Origin: the human T2T-CHM13v2.0 reference genome, Homo sapiens
NCBI RefSeq assembly: GCF_009914755.1
Contig: NC_060937.1
Length of the DNA stretch: 64,000 nucleotides
Reading direction: 5' to 3' (one strand)
Every line of letters starts with the position of its first letter. Position 1 is the first letter of the stretch. The notes below the pieces were generated by a model, which was given only the letters and a program-made list of their open reading frames with translations, did not search any database and had not been told where the DNA came from. Position numbers and translations under genes: made by a program. Shown here in pieces: positions 21,248 to 46,049 of this stretch.

Positions 21248-24200
21248 GACTAGCCTTTAGTATCAACATTTATTAAGTGACACAGGATAGCATCTACCAA
21301 ACTACTACTTTATGATATTTGAATGGTTATTTTATATGAAAGTAGCAAATGCCACTAGGGCTAAGTAGATATCTTAAATGAGTGGAACAATGAAATTTAA
21401 GAAAGTCAGTGTTAGAGACTGTGTGAACTGGAGTGCACATGACCCATATAAATACATTCACATTTTGAAATTGCTACACTATGTGAGTTAAACAAACCAG
21501 GTAAAAGTTCAACTGCATTCAGCCAAGCTTTCATTTTATAGCCTCTGGTTATGCTTTAGGAGGAAAATAAACTAAAGGACAGGTAAGGTTTCAGATGATC
21601 CAGAAGAGGTATTTTTCTGTTGTTTTCTGACTTAGATAAATAGATTAAAGTCCACATCTTTGTTCTCTTCCATTGTAGTCTTTTCTACTGTTGGATGGGA
21701 ATACACACAGTTTTCTGAGAGCTACGTGTAAATAGAGATTCTATTCTACTTTGTAAAACAGTATAGATCTTAGTTGTTTTTGCCTTTCTTCCTCATTGGT
21801 GTGCTGCTTCTGTAGCTCCTGACTCACCTTTTTTATCCTTTTATGGGCCAGGCTTCTCTGTGATTTCTACCCTTGTGTATATTTTTATTACAGTGGGTAC
21901 AAGAAAGACTGCACTTTCATAGGCTGTAAAGAGTTGTTACCTTTCTAGAGGGAAGTTTGGTAATTTATGTCAAATGCACTATAAAAGGATATATCCTTTG
22001 ACCTAGCAGTTTTGTGTCTAGGAATTTATTATAGTGAGACCAGTGCTCAATGATATATATACAATAATGCTTCTCTCTATTATTTAAGATAGGAAAAGAT
22101 TGGAAACAAGTGTCCCAAATTGGGGATTCATTAAATAAATATTTTAAGTCATTATTTTTGGATGGTAGGATCTACGTGATTTTATCCTAATTTTCTTTTT
22201 TATAAAATCTTCTCCAATTGTTGAAATTGTCACAGTGAGCACGTATTGCCTGAATTGTTGGTAAGCAATAAAGTTATGTTGGGAAGGGGAAGATTGGAAA
22301 GGAAAGAAAGCCAGGGAAGAAAGCCATAATAGTACCTTACTGATTGTCTAAGATTTACCTTCTTTAAACAAGTACTTTTTAAATATCTGCTTCGTGTCTG
22401 AGATACATACCCCTGGTGAATAAAGTAAGTACAAACATGTTATATTCTGAACTCCTTAGTATATAAAGCTATAGCACCCTCTATAAAGATAATTAACATT
22501 AAGTGACATTTTAGTTCAAGATATCAACCTTTGTTAAGGTTGTCATAGTGAAAATGAGTCATTATAGTAATGAATCTTTGATTAAGATTTTTACATCCAA
22601 ACAAAGATTGACTATAATCTACCACATTGCATTTGAATGTTTAATCATTATTTCTTTTGGGAGTAAACCAGGATAGGCACCTGCATAGCTTTAAAAAACA
22701 TATTCAGTATTGTAGTGTAATACCAACTATAGAAAGAGTATAACATTTTTGTTATTTATTAGAAGAGGACATTGACTTTTAAAAGACTGAGAAACATAAA
22801 CGAACACAGGTCAGCAAGAATGATTTAGAGGAAGCATAATAAAGACTTTTAATAAAAAATTTTAACTCGATATAATGTTGAAATGTTTTGAAAGTCTTGC
22901 CAGATAAAGTTATATAAACATGAAGCTCAGTGTTTCATTCTAACAGTTGAGCTTCTTTGAATGCAATTTTCAGAATAAAAATTCAAAAAAAATTTGTACA
23001 AAAAAGTGAAAGAGGGACTGGGAAATTGCATATGTATTTGAAAAACAATGTTCCTACATTTGGTCAGAAAGAAACTACCTTGCATTTACCCACAGTTTTT
23101 TCACCCACCTATGGCAAATAGATGAATTTACCTGTATATATGTAAAGAAAATATCCAATTTTGTTCTTGGAGCTATTCTAAGAATTAAATTCAGATTTAT
23201 CTTTTTAGTTCACAAACTATCTGGGTATAATGTCTGTCATACTTGCCATTCAGAAACCATCTACTGGGCCAAAAAGAATTATATGATTATTTTTATCTCT
23301 TAGAATACTCCATTGAAATCGCACCCCTGAAAACCATCTTCTTACTAGGATATGACATGTCAGGTTTTTTTTCCCTAAGTGGCATTTCCTGTACCTTAAA
23401 TCTTCATTGAGTGTCTGAAACTTGAATCAGTTCATGTAGGTCAGCATTTTCCACAGTAAATTTTTTGTAACATTAACTAGGTGAGATGGTCACATAAAAA
23501 GGATTCTGTGTTTAAAAAACTTGTAGTTTCTGATTATATCCTCCTCTTAAATTGACACTTCACTTTAATATACTCAAGATTAGTAAGCTTTAGGAATTTG
23601 TTTAATCCTGCACTTACAAACATTTGAACATCAAATTTCCCCCCATTGTTTGAAGTAGTGAAAACAGACATTGGGAAATAATGGAGATGTCAAAGTATGG
23701 TTTACAAGAGGGCCCACTGGGTGAGGGGGAAAATTATTATATTTATATTATTATAAAACTTACATGTATCTTGTTTGGCACCTAGTAAAGGAAAGAAACT
23801 GAGCTTTAGAAATACTATGTAGATTGACCCTGGCATCTTTTTGCAGCTCCTGTGCTAGTCGGTCGTTTTTCAGCAGAAGAGCGGAAATGGGACAGGACAG
23901 AGGGGTTGAGCGTTGTGCCTTCATGTTTTCATTTGCTTTCAGCTTTTTAGCATTGGTGCTCAATTCAGAGATTTACAGATTATAGTATCTATTTTTAACT
24001 AAACTCAGTCTCAACAAATGATTTCTGCAGAGAAACTGTCAATTAGAGATAATACTAATAAACCAAGCATATGTGAACAAGAAAGTGAAAAACTGAACTT
24101 CTCTTGCTTCTAAAAATGGTTTATCAGTCAATCTTTGAGGTGACAAACAGTGATGATGTAATCAGATCTGAAAAGAACTTGGCCCTTCCAAAAAGGAAAT

Positions 24201-24259
24201 TATCAGTATCATTTTAAATATGGCTTGTCATGCCCTGTCTTTAATGATGACTCAGTTAG

Positions 24260-24600
24260 TGTCTATGGTGGAATCAAAAACAACTCTAGATATTCCAAGC
24301 AGAAAAGAATGTAATGTAGGGAGTTAGTTACAAATGATTTAGGAATACCAAATGGATGGGCTGGAGTTGCAAAAGGAAGAAGAGATCAGGAAGCTGCTGC
24401 AGAGGTGCTCCTGCAATACAAAAAAAAAAAAAGAAGAAAAATCTCCCTCCCTCCCACTTTCATTCTCCTATTGGCAGAACCCCAGCTGGAAACCCGCTAG
24501 CAAGGGAATCTTGGAAATGTAGCCTGCAGACCTCTTGCCACCCCACCCTTACCACCAAGGCTAGAGTTGAAGACTTGTTGCAAAATAACTGGCAAAGTGG
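24260..24600. mobile_element. Old MaLR (MLT1-type) LTR fragment
   Basis: ctcctattggcagaacc...agcaagggaatcttggaaatgtagcctgcag motif. Confidence 0.55.
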
Positions 24601-25188
24601 CCCTTGACCTTTGTGAGTGTTGTACCTTGTTATATTAGCTTAGCTATTGCTGATACAAAGCTATCACGGTGTTCAATGTATTTAAAAACTAAGCATACAG
24701 AACATGAATGCAAATCACTGTATTTTGAGAGCAAAACGAAAACGTATTTTGTAGTTTTGACAAAACTTACTCTTAAAATTATACTCTTTCATCCCTTTAA
24801 AATTTTTTATCTTGTGTATGCTTATATCTATTTATAAATACAGTAGTACGTTTGTCCAGTTTATAAAGATATATGCATAGCTCATGCTTTTAATTTTTTG
24901 CTCACAAAGGTGTATAATCAAAGTTATAGAGTCAGCTGATGCGTAAGGTTCTTTGCAACTCCCTCCAACTTTGAATCCAAGTAAGGGCGACTCTGTGTGT
25001 TCTGGTTGACTTTGTGAACATCGTATCTAGCCTATGTAAATTTCATAGCATTCTTTTATGTATTTCATGGCCTCTTATAAACTTTCTCATAAGGAATTCC
25101 TTTTCTTCTCATAAGGAATCATGTCCTCTGTTGTCTAGACATTTGTTTTCGGTGTTGCTGTATACTAGAATCACCTGGGAAGCTTTTA

Positions 25189-25946
<758 letters not shown>

Positions 25947-26793
25947 AACCTAGAACTTTTAAAAAGAATTAATATTTCTTTTCTTTGTTAGAATTTCTGC
26001 CCCACAGTTTGAAAAAATAAGTTTTCTCTCTCTCATTTTTTTTTTTCTTATTTCTGGTAAAAGCTCTTGGCCAGAAAGAACTCGAAAACCTTAACTGTGC
26101 TCAGATGGGTAAGAGAAAAAAAAGAAAAGCTTACTTAGTAAACTGGTTGTTGAGGTAAACCCCCAGGAACTAGAAAGGAAATTCATTTTTATGCATATAT
26201 GCTCTGTTCCCTTCAGTGTGGCAGCCGACTGTGTTAGTCTGCAGAACTAAGATTTGGGGTTTGAGTGGTTGATCTTTTAAAGTTCTATGCATAAATTTGA
26301 ATTTTCCTAAATAAAAAGGATGTTTGTAGGACTATATCATGAGGGCTTTTCAGTAATATTTGCCTGTTATAATACATAGTATAAGTATACTACATGCTTT
26401 GTCCATTTGAATTTGCACACAAAGGACTGACCAATTCTAAAGAAATAATTTCCTCCCAAGAGATAATGACACACTAGGCAGAAATAGAAGCATTAGTTGA
26501 GGGGAGGGGGAATAATATCTCATAAGGATTTAACATGCAGAACCATGATATTCAAAGCTGTCATGCTCACTTCAAAAGTTAAAAGGCTTTACAAAGACTG
26601 CCTTGACAAAACACAGTATTTCTGCAAACAATAATCTAGAAGTTTATAGATGTCTGTATTATAAATTTTAATTGGTAGTGGGTGGCATTTATAATTTTAG
26701 TCAGTGATTACAGCTTCAGTAATGATGGTTGAACATATATATACCAAATCCACAAAGGATTGTCAACATTTGGTTGCATTTTAGTCAAGAATA

Positions 26794-29583
<2,790 letters not shown>

Positions 29584-29629
29584 TACAGACAACATTTTTA
29601 AGAGTTTTTGTTTACTACAGATTATGTAG

Positions 29630-29736
29630 TCAGGATACCTTGAAACTATGCTTCCAGGTGGCTATCCTCAAGCTTTGGGCTCGAATAAACTATATAGTTA
29701 ATTTTATTTTCTGAATCTCATTACTTAAGATTGACA
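29630..29736 (+). mobile_element. 3' end of an ERV1-class LTR (MER34/MER39-like)
   Basis: cctcaagctttgggctcgaataaac...tctgaatctcattacttaagattgaca resembles MER34/39-type R-U5 ends. AATAAA at 29684-29689 and terminal CA. Confidence 0.55.
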
Positions 29737-30128
29737 TATGCCTGTCAAGGACAATAACTACCATGGTTTCCAGTGCTTTGATGAAACCAAACGCCATGCA
29801 TCTGAGGTTTTATGTTGTTGGAGCATTCATTGCATCCCTGGGGGTTGCAGCTCTCTGTAAGTTTGCTGTGCTGAAGCAAGAAATAAGGCATATGCAGATT
29901 TCTTCAGAAATTAGGATTCCATGAAAGATATTGAGGAGATGAGGAAGGCTGGTATCTTTCAGAGTGCAAAGTGGTTTGGGAATATAAAGAATTTGCTTGG
30001 ATTGAATCACATGGAAGTTTGTCACTGACTTGTGTTCGTGAACTATGAAACACGAATATCTAGGCTGAGAAAGAGTTCGTCTTGATAAGTAAACAATTAA
30101 CAAATATTTCGGACAGGAAGAAAAAAAA
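29737..30128 (+). pseudogene. Processed COX6C (cytochrome c oxidase subunit 6C) pseudogene
   Basis: 5'UTR-like caaggacaataactacc then ATG at 29763. Reads MVSSALMKP..LRFYVVGAFIASLGVAALCKFAV[-1 nt][32 protein letters not shown]. Intronless, with about 5 codons deleted, a frameshift near 29870, TAG at 29912-29914, a COX6C-like 3'UTR, a degenerate AGTAAA signal at 30088-30093 and an A-rich tail. Confidence 0.93.
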
Positions 30129-30302
30129 CAGTTTTTGTTCACTAGGCAAATGTAGAGGTAGGCTGCAGTGCCCCCAGGAACTAAACCAGTGATATACATG
30201 TTAACACAGAAAGATAAGCATATATTTTTAGTCTGTTTTTCTAATTTTAAAGAGAAAGCACCAACATTAACTTCAATTTGAGATTGAAGCATGTAAACCA
30301 AG

Positions 30303-31346
<1,044 letters not shown>

Positions 31347-32908
31347 TCAGTCTTCCCTAACAATACAATCTGTGTCATTCATTTGCATTTTTTTTAAGCA
31401 TGGTGATCTTGTCCTAGGTAGCTCTTTGTCCATTACTGCATTTAAAATGCTCAAGGCCCTCCCCTCTCTAATCATTTTAATCCATTTAAAGCCGTTTTAG
31501 AAAGAAAAAGCTGTCTTACTCTCCCCATATCTTAGCGCAATGCCTAGCATATAGTCATGCTTAATCTGCTGAAGCTCAGTGGAGTTTGAGTTTTACTCCC
31601 AGTTCGTACATATCAAAAAATGAAGATGATTGAGTCCTTTCCCTTTGTCTCACTCCCAACTTTATTTAATTGAAAAGTAGATACTCAAGGTTTTCAGTTA
31701 CCTTTTACCACTAATTTGACAGTCTCTCATAAGACATATTTTTAGTTTTAATATCAATAAATCAATAGAAACTAAATTTTATCCTTTTATAACAAATCTT
31801 TATTGTTAAAATAGAGTAAGCTAACTACCTGAGGCTATTTGTGGAATAATTTATTTGTAAGTTTTTAAATGTATCCCATTGTTTTCGAAGCTAGTCCCCA
31901 GATTATAATTATTCCAGCTGACCCACAGGACATTCTTCTCTGGCAGTTTCCACCCAACCTACTGATGCTTTCTTCACCAGGTTGGCCCCTTCAACAAGTT
32001 TCTGATGGTTTATACAAGTGAAGTGTTCCTAAAAAGAAACAAACAAATATCTCAATTAACTAAGTAATAGAACAGAACTTGCATATTTTAAGTAAAAAGG
32101 GTGATGTTTTACAATTGAACAGTCCCAGGATGGTAACAGTAGGAGGGAACTTCTTCATTGTGTTAGTGCCACTGCTTTTTAAGCTGGCATGCATGGAGGT
32201 ACACAAAACTGCAGAATAAACATAACACATGGTCCTGAAGTGTCATTTTTATTTGGATAGTAGATACTGTATTTTTTACTTCATGTTAAAAAATAAAGAT
32301 GTATTATACAGGTGAATTTAGAGGTCACATGAAGTTTTAAATGGGAATTTCAGAAAAATGGTTTGCTTGTGTCTGAGATGATAAGTATATAATTACCCCT
32401 TTCTCTTGTTAAACTAACTTTTATTGTATGGGAAGAGAAACAGGTTCAAGGAGGTTGCACAGGGTCAGGATGAGAAAAGGTCCATGTCCTTTCCTTTTTA
32501 CCAATGCTTCCCAAACTTTTCACTCCGTAAAGAACCCGTTTTATAATCTGCCTGCCTCCAAGAACCCCACATTTGAAAGATGTTACCTATGAAACTGCAT
32601 CTGTTAGATAAACTGTTTTACTGTTAATCAAAAACAAAAGCACTACACGTTAGAGTTTTCGATCAACACAAGATAACCAGTTAACCGCACTGAATTGATA
32701 CAGTTTTGGCAAAAGGCCTTTTTGGGGGGAAATGTACACATTATGCATTACATAAAGCTTTAGGGGATAATGAAAGTGACTGGAATTATTACTAACTTAG
32801 AGCCTTAAAGATACGGGGACCCCAGGAGTAACAGGTCCCAGGTTCTGAACTACTGTTCAGAGGCCTGCTGCCTCGAAACTTACGATCTAGTCGTTAATGG
32901 ATGACTCA

Positions 32909-33219
<311 letters not shown>

Positions 33220-33288
33220 GAGAATGCCTGTGTTTTAGAGTGAGCATGTTGAATTGATGCTTTTATTTCCTTTGCTGTTTGCATATAG

Positions 33289-33432
33289 ATCGAATATGAA
33301 AGGAAAAAGAAAGAAGACGGAAAGCGAGCTCGAGCTGATAAACAACATGTTTTAGACATGCTATTTTCAGCCTTTGAGAAACATCAATACTATAATCTTA
33401 AGGACTTGGTGGACATCACAAAGCAACCTGTG
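33289..33432 (+). CDS. GTF2F2: RAP30 penultimate exon, 144 nt, phase 0/0; start of the C-terminal winged-helix domain
   Basis: Acceptor tttgctgtttgcatatag and donor gtatgt. Reads IEYERKKKEDGKRARADKQHVLDMLFSAFEKHQYYNLKDLVDITKQPV, in frame with the previous exon. Confidence 0.97.
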
Positions 33433-35004
33433 GTATGTATATGTTCATACTGATCCTTTGAATATGCCCTCCTTCATTAACACGACATTACTGAAAGTGT
33501 GTCATACATGATTTAGTTCACATTTACCTATGCTAATGACTAATTTTATGACAACACTCAGAAAAGATGTCTTAATGCAGCCATTTTTGGTAACATCAGC
33601 TTTTATTTTACATTTTAGTACTCTTAATAATTATTTATGAAGAAAAGAAATTATCCTCATGTTCATTTATTCTTGACATTAAGCCTGAAATCTGTTGATA
33701 CCATTTCTGGTCTTTATTTTGTTTCCCTATCTTCCTCTGAGAAAGTTTAACTCCTTCCCTTTTTTTGGAAAACATGCCTCATAGAAAAATCGCATTCTTT
33801 AAAGAATTATACTGTTTTGTCATTGTGGGAGGGTTTATCCCTGTCTTGTGAATTGTTTTCTGTGGATTTTTTTTTTTTTTTTTTTTAATTAGAATCTGTG
33901 TAGGTCCTTTTAAACCTGAACTGAACTGCACTTTCAAATTATGCTTGCAGAGATTGTGATTAGGTTGGCCTGTTCCCCATTTTTAAGGACAAATTTAACA
34001 AATTCGTATTTTAGAAAGTTTATGTTTGTTTTATAGTCATTTTTATCTCTTCTCTAGGCTTTTGTGCATTTACTAGTAATTTGCATTAATAATCCATTTA
34101 AAATGATGATAACAATAAGAAATTCAAATTCTTTTTCTAGTCTTTGAGTCACATTGTTTTCCATTTAACTTTCTCCACCACATGTCACCAAAGTATCAGA
34201 CTGAGTATTTACTTATAGGTTTAAGAAAATTGAATGGAAACCCTTTTATCTCATTTCCTTTACCATTTTGTCTACTCTGCCGGTATACTCAAGAATCTGT
34301 TGATTCTTGCTGCTCCATTTATTGGATTCAGAATATGTAACAATAACCAATTTTAAAAAACATCTTAACATAACCAAATAACCTATTTGTGAAAGGACTT
34401 GATTTTTTTTATTTATACAAAGCTTTAGGAAATGATTTATGAAATTTTAATGTTCATTATACAGTTTCTCCTGCAGATATTTCTTTACTATTATACATCA
34501 ACCCTTGCCTTTTGTTAAGAAATTAATTTGAATTCCAAAAGATTTACTTTTTAATAAGAAGAAAGTGCTCATGGTGGAGTATTATCAATTCATCCCAATG
34601 ACTTCACTCCCTTTGGCATCAAAGCCTTAGAAACAGCATTCTAAGCTAGATTAAAAATTTTTTTTGAAATAGAATAAATAACTCATTAGCTAAGCTGTGT
34701 TTCTTCTGGTTTTAATGAAATTTATCTTTGTATTTATATATATAAATATATCTGTATGAAAAGACCCTTCCAGAAACTCTGAAAACAGACGAGATTCTCA
34801 TGGAATTAAACACAAAAAATTAGATATGGAAAATAATCACTTGTAGAGGGGCATTCAGATGATACTAGGGAAAGCAGTTTCTTTGCCTTCACATGGGATA
34901 TAAGGTTTATTCATTTTGCATCAAAGAACAAGTATTACTAGTGTGTCTTTTGGTTTTGGTTCTTAAGATATTTTTTATATGGTAGTACTCAGTGAATCTC
35001 TTAC

Positions 35005-35150
35005 AACAGAGCTTCTTAATTCCTAACCAGTGGATGGACTTAAGGGGATCCATTAACTTCCTGAAAATCTGCAAAAATGTATGAATTGTTCTGGGGAACA
35101 TATCATCCATAGTTTGTATCAGATTCTCATAGAAGCCGCTGATCTCAAAA
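35005..35150. mobile_element. MER103-like hAT fragment
   Basis: ggggatccattaacttcctgaaa...tccatagtttgtatcagattctca. Confidence 0.6.
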
Positions 35151-35835
35151 CTAACTTTTTAAATAATAGTTTTATTATTTAGAGACTAAATTGCCTCAAT
35201 AAGCATAAGATTCCTGAAGGCAGAGTTGTATGCTATTCCTATCCCTAAATATTCATATACCCCATAGTGTAAAAGATGGTAAAAATTCAGCAAATATCTC
35301 ATGAATTGATTTGAAAAAAGAAAATCCTCAGTCTCCAAGGGCCACCATATTTTCTTCAGATGGATTTTGGCAGGCCTCTCACGTCATTTATAGTGAGGTT
35401 GGGGCAAAGAGCCAGTGCCAAGAAAGTGTGGAATGCCTTCCCCAGGCTGGGGGTAGGCCAGAGGTAGTTACCTCCTCCTAGAGGAGAGGGCAGGAAGTGG
35501 TCAGCATGGATTCCAGTCCATTGACTGGGAAAGAAAGTTGCCAAAGTCTAGCTCTCCCCCAAGTAGGCAACTATCCCCCTTTAAAAGGATTCGAGGACAT
35601 AAGTGAATCTGTACTAATGGTCATCAGTACCCAAGAGACTTGAGGAATCTATTCTAGCATGAAGATCAATGGTCCAGGAAAGGGGGTGTTCTGGTATAAT
35701 GGAAAGAACCTGGATTTGGAGTATGAGATCCTAGTTCAAGTCCCAGCTCTACCATTTAGCCAAATAGTCCTGGACAAGGTACTTAAATACATTTAATACA
35801 TTACTTATATTTAGTTCACTTAACATATGTAATAA

Positions 35836-36185
<350 letters not shown>

Positions 36186-36371
36186 AAAACCTTCATTTCT
36201 ATAAGTAAAATTATTGGCTAGAGAAACTTTGCTTAGGGCCCGTCTTTTTCTCTTGTTTGCCAGTATGTGACTTACATAAGCAACTAGAAAGAGTGAAAGT
36301 TACTCATCAAGGAGGCCAAGCTTTGGTAACTGATATAAAGTCGGGGACATAGTATCCATTTAAAGATATAT

Positions 36372-36730
36372 TATCTTAGTCTGTTTTTTGTTACTTATAA
36401 CAGAATACCTGAAGCTGGGCAATTTTTAAAGCAAAATAATTTGTTTCTTAAAATTTTGGAGGCTGAGAAGTCCAGGATCAAAGGGCCACGTCTGGTAAGA
36501 GGCTTTTTACATCGCTTAGTGAGGAGGCTGAGCGTGCTAGCTCAGGTCTCTCTTCCTCTCCCTCTTTTTATAAAGCCACCAATTTCACTCCCATGATAAC
36601 CCATTAATCTATGAATGGGCAGAACCCCCATGACCTAGTCACCTCTCAAAGGCCCAATTCTTACTACTGCCACATTGAGAATTAAGTTTAACATGAGTGT
36701 TAGAAGGGACAGATATACAAACCACAGCAG
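36372..36730. mobile_element. MaLR solo LTR (MSTD/MLT1A-like)
   Basis: tatcttagtctgttt...ataacagaatacctga...ggctgagaagtcc...caaaccacagca. Confidence 0.75.
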
Positions 36731-37066
36731 GTATTTTTATATGGTTTAACTTCTGGATTTTTCCCCCCTCAAAAATAGAAAATTACAGGAGGCCTATTAT
36801 TTCTCCCTGATACTCTGATTTTTAACCTTGAATGAGTTATTTCTAGCTTTTTTCATATTTTATCTGTCAAATAGAAGCATATATAGTGTTTCCTTTGAAG
36901 ATATAAACCATTAAAAACTTTATCTAATTGCTCCCTTTGAAACACCAAACTGCCAATACCACTCTGAACTTCAACACTCTGTTTTCTATCTAACAGCGTT
37001 CATTTACCAGTGTTCCTGTACAGCATACTTGTATTAAAAAGTGTCATTGAAAACTAGTCCCTGATT

Positions 37067-39926
<2,860 letters not shown>

Positions 39927-40317
39927 TGAACACGCTAGAAAGACTTGGTTTTGGGCTTGCCATCTCTATGGAAATAATTTCCCTCGGGAAAGAAATAATT
40001 TTCTTTGTGTTGGGCTCTGCGTTTAAGAAAACATTATTCTGTGGTGTTGGATCGGTGTTCGAAGCCTCCCATTTCTCTGAGCAGGTGGATTCAGATACCA
40101 GAGGATAAACCAACTGGCAGAGGACCTTGTACTGCCAGCACTGGCCTTCTTCACTTCGGTATTGCAGCATTACAGAGCCATTTCTTTCTTTTTCAAATGT
40201 CCCAAGACAGCGAGTTCAATTATACATTAACATGCAGAGCCAGCCACTGTTTATTGGATATATTACATTACCCAGATAATTGGATAATAAAAATAGTCAT
40301 CTTAATTTGTTTTATAA

Positions 40318-42806
<2,489 letters not shown>

Positions 42807-43241
42807 TAGAAGCATGTCTTTAAACAAAGTTAAAAGGTTTAGCCTAAAGAAAGTAAATTTTGTTTACCTGAAATATTCAAGCATGTGAAGCATTTGTCAG
42901 TGCTGGATAGAGGAGATGTTACTAAAGTGAGATAATTTACCAGCACACAAATATTAACGCAATAATTGCTTTTTCAAGGTTTGGATTAAGCAGTAAAGTA
43001 GGGCTGGGGGAAGGTGGAGTAGGGTTTGCACCTTGACCATTTCATCACCCATCTGTGTGCTGCTTAGAGTTTTTACAGGGAGGAATGGAGACCCTGAGTG
43101 GAAGATAGGAGGCGGGATCTAGTGGGGAAGAGGAAGTGAAACCAGGAGAAAAGAAGAAAAATGCAGAAATGGTCTGTGTTTCAGAGAAGTTTCCTAGCAT
43201 CGCCTTTCCTCTAAATGAGGGAAAATGTCTGTTGCATTTTC

Positions 43242-43626
43242 TGTATTAGGCCATTCTTGCATTGCTCTAACAAAATACCTGAGACTGGGTAATTTATAAA
43301 GAAGAGATTTAATTGGCTCATGGTTCTGCAGGCTGTACGGGAAGTATGATGCTGGCATCTGCTCAGCTTCTGGGTAGGCCACAGGAAACTCACAGTCATG
43401 GTGGAAGCATGTCACATGGCAAAAGCAGGAGTGAGAGAGTGAGGCAGGACATGCTACACACTTTTAAACGACTAGATGGCAAGAGAACTCACTCACTATC
43501 TCGAGGATAGTACCCAGAGGGATGGTGCTAATTCATGAGAGTTCCGTCCCCATGATCCAATCACCTCTCCCCAGGCCTCACCTCCAACACTGGGGATTAC
43601 ATTTCAATATGATATTTTCATGAGGA
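43242..43626. mobile_element. MSTA-like MaLR solo LTR
   Basis: tgtattaggccattcttgcattgct...atacctgagactgggtaatttataaag...catccaaactatatca. Confidence 0.88.
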
Positions 43627-44860
43627 CACACATCCAAACTATATCACGTTTGATCACAGTTTCTTCCTAATGTGTAGTTTATATTTTAACAGAAGAATGT
43701 TTTGCCTTGAAGTCACTAACATCTTCATCAGTAAGTTTTCATTCTGTTGATATCTCTTAAAGGAGTTGCAGTCATTCACACAAAAATCATGTAAAGATGA
43801 AATGATACTTTGAAATTATCACAGAATCGATAATGCCCTTCTTGTGGTTGGATCACTTTATAAAAAGCATATAGTGCATTTTCCTTTGTCAGCTGCATTA
43901 ATCAGTGCCATCATCAGTGTAAGTTTGCATATTGAATATTCAGTCTCACCATTTTGGGAAGATTTTGTGACTGGAAGACTAACAGGGTCATATTGTTAAC
44001 TTACTTAAAGCATTAGTAGTTGGTGATCATCTCCCTGTCAAAGGTGTATGTTTTTAATGAACATCTACAAATTTAGATATAATTGATTTATTATTATGCT
44101 TATCACTGAAATGCATGATAAGATGAAATGCAGATTAAGTCCTCCATTTGTTTGACAGAGCAGGAGAAGAAAAGATGATATGAGAAATGGTAGGGGGTGG
44201 AGGGACGGAAGGAAGGAGCAAAAGACTAAAATAATAGGCTACTGTGCCTTATGACTATAGGTTTGTCTCAGTCTTGGGGGCCAATTAGGATGTTGATCCA
44301 TGGACTTCTGGCTTTTTGCCCACCGCAGTTTTAACTTGACCCACAAATGCAAACAAACATCCTAATCACTTGACCTCTTTGATCAAGTATGTGCCTTGCC
44401 ATTTCCTTCCAAGAAAGCTGTGATGTTCTATCCCTTATTTCTCTGCATTCAGACTTGCCGTAAATTCTCTCCCACACATCCTTTTGATGAAGAATTGCTG
44501 GACCTGAGCCAGTTTATTCAGATCTTGTGCTGCAGCTTGGCACATAGTCTGTAATAAGACATATCCCCAATCCTATGTGACATAAAAGTGATCTACTCAG
44601 TTCTAGAATCCTCTGTTTCAAATACAGGTGGTTAGACAAAAGATTTAATTGGAAAGTCACTCAGTGTTTAAGTAAGAGGAGGAGAACTCCTTTCTCTAGA
44701 TCTCTACACAGAATTGCTGTTCAAATCGAATGATCAAATATCTATCCTCAAAGAACCTAACATCTCTATGCGGGCTGTGTTAGGTGCCCCCTTCTCAGTG
44801 GTCTCATAATACCCTGTACACATGCCTCTGTTATATTTTCTGATTACCTGCCAATTTGCC

Positions 44861-46049
<1,189 letters not shown>

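Noticed and set aside
23850-23920. Small CpG cluster with an ETS-like gcggaaat motif
   Set aside because: Too short for a CpG island, and the motif alone does not support a regulatory call.
29810-30301. 163-aa minus-strand ORF
   Set aside because: It is the antisense reading of the COX6C pseudogene plus flank, with no recognisable protein features.
44284-44366. 11-bp inverted repeat attaggatgtt/aacatcctaat
   Set aside because: Chance-level for this window size, with no extension or TSD.
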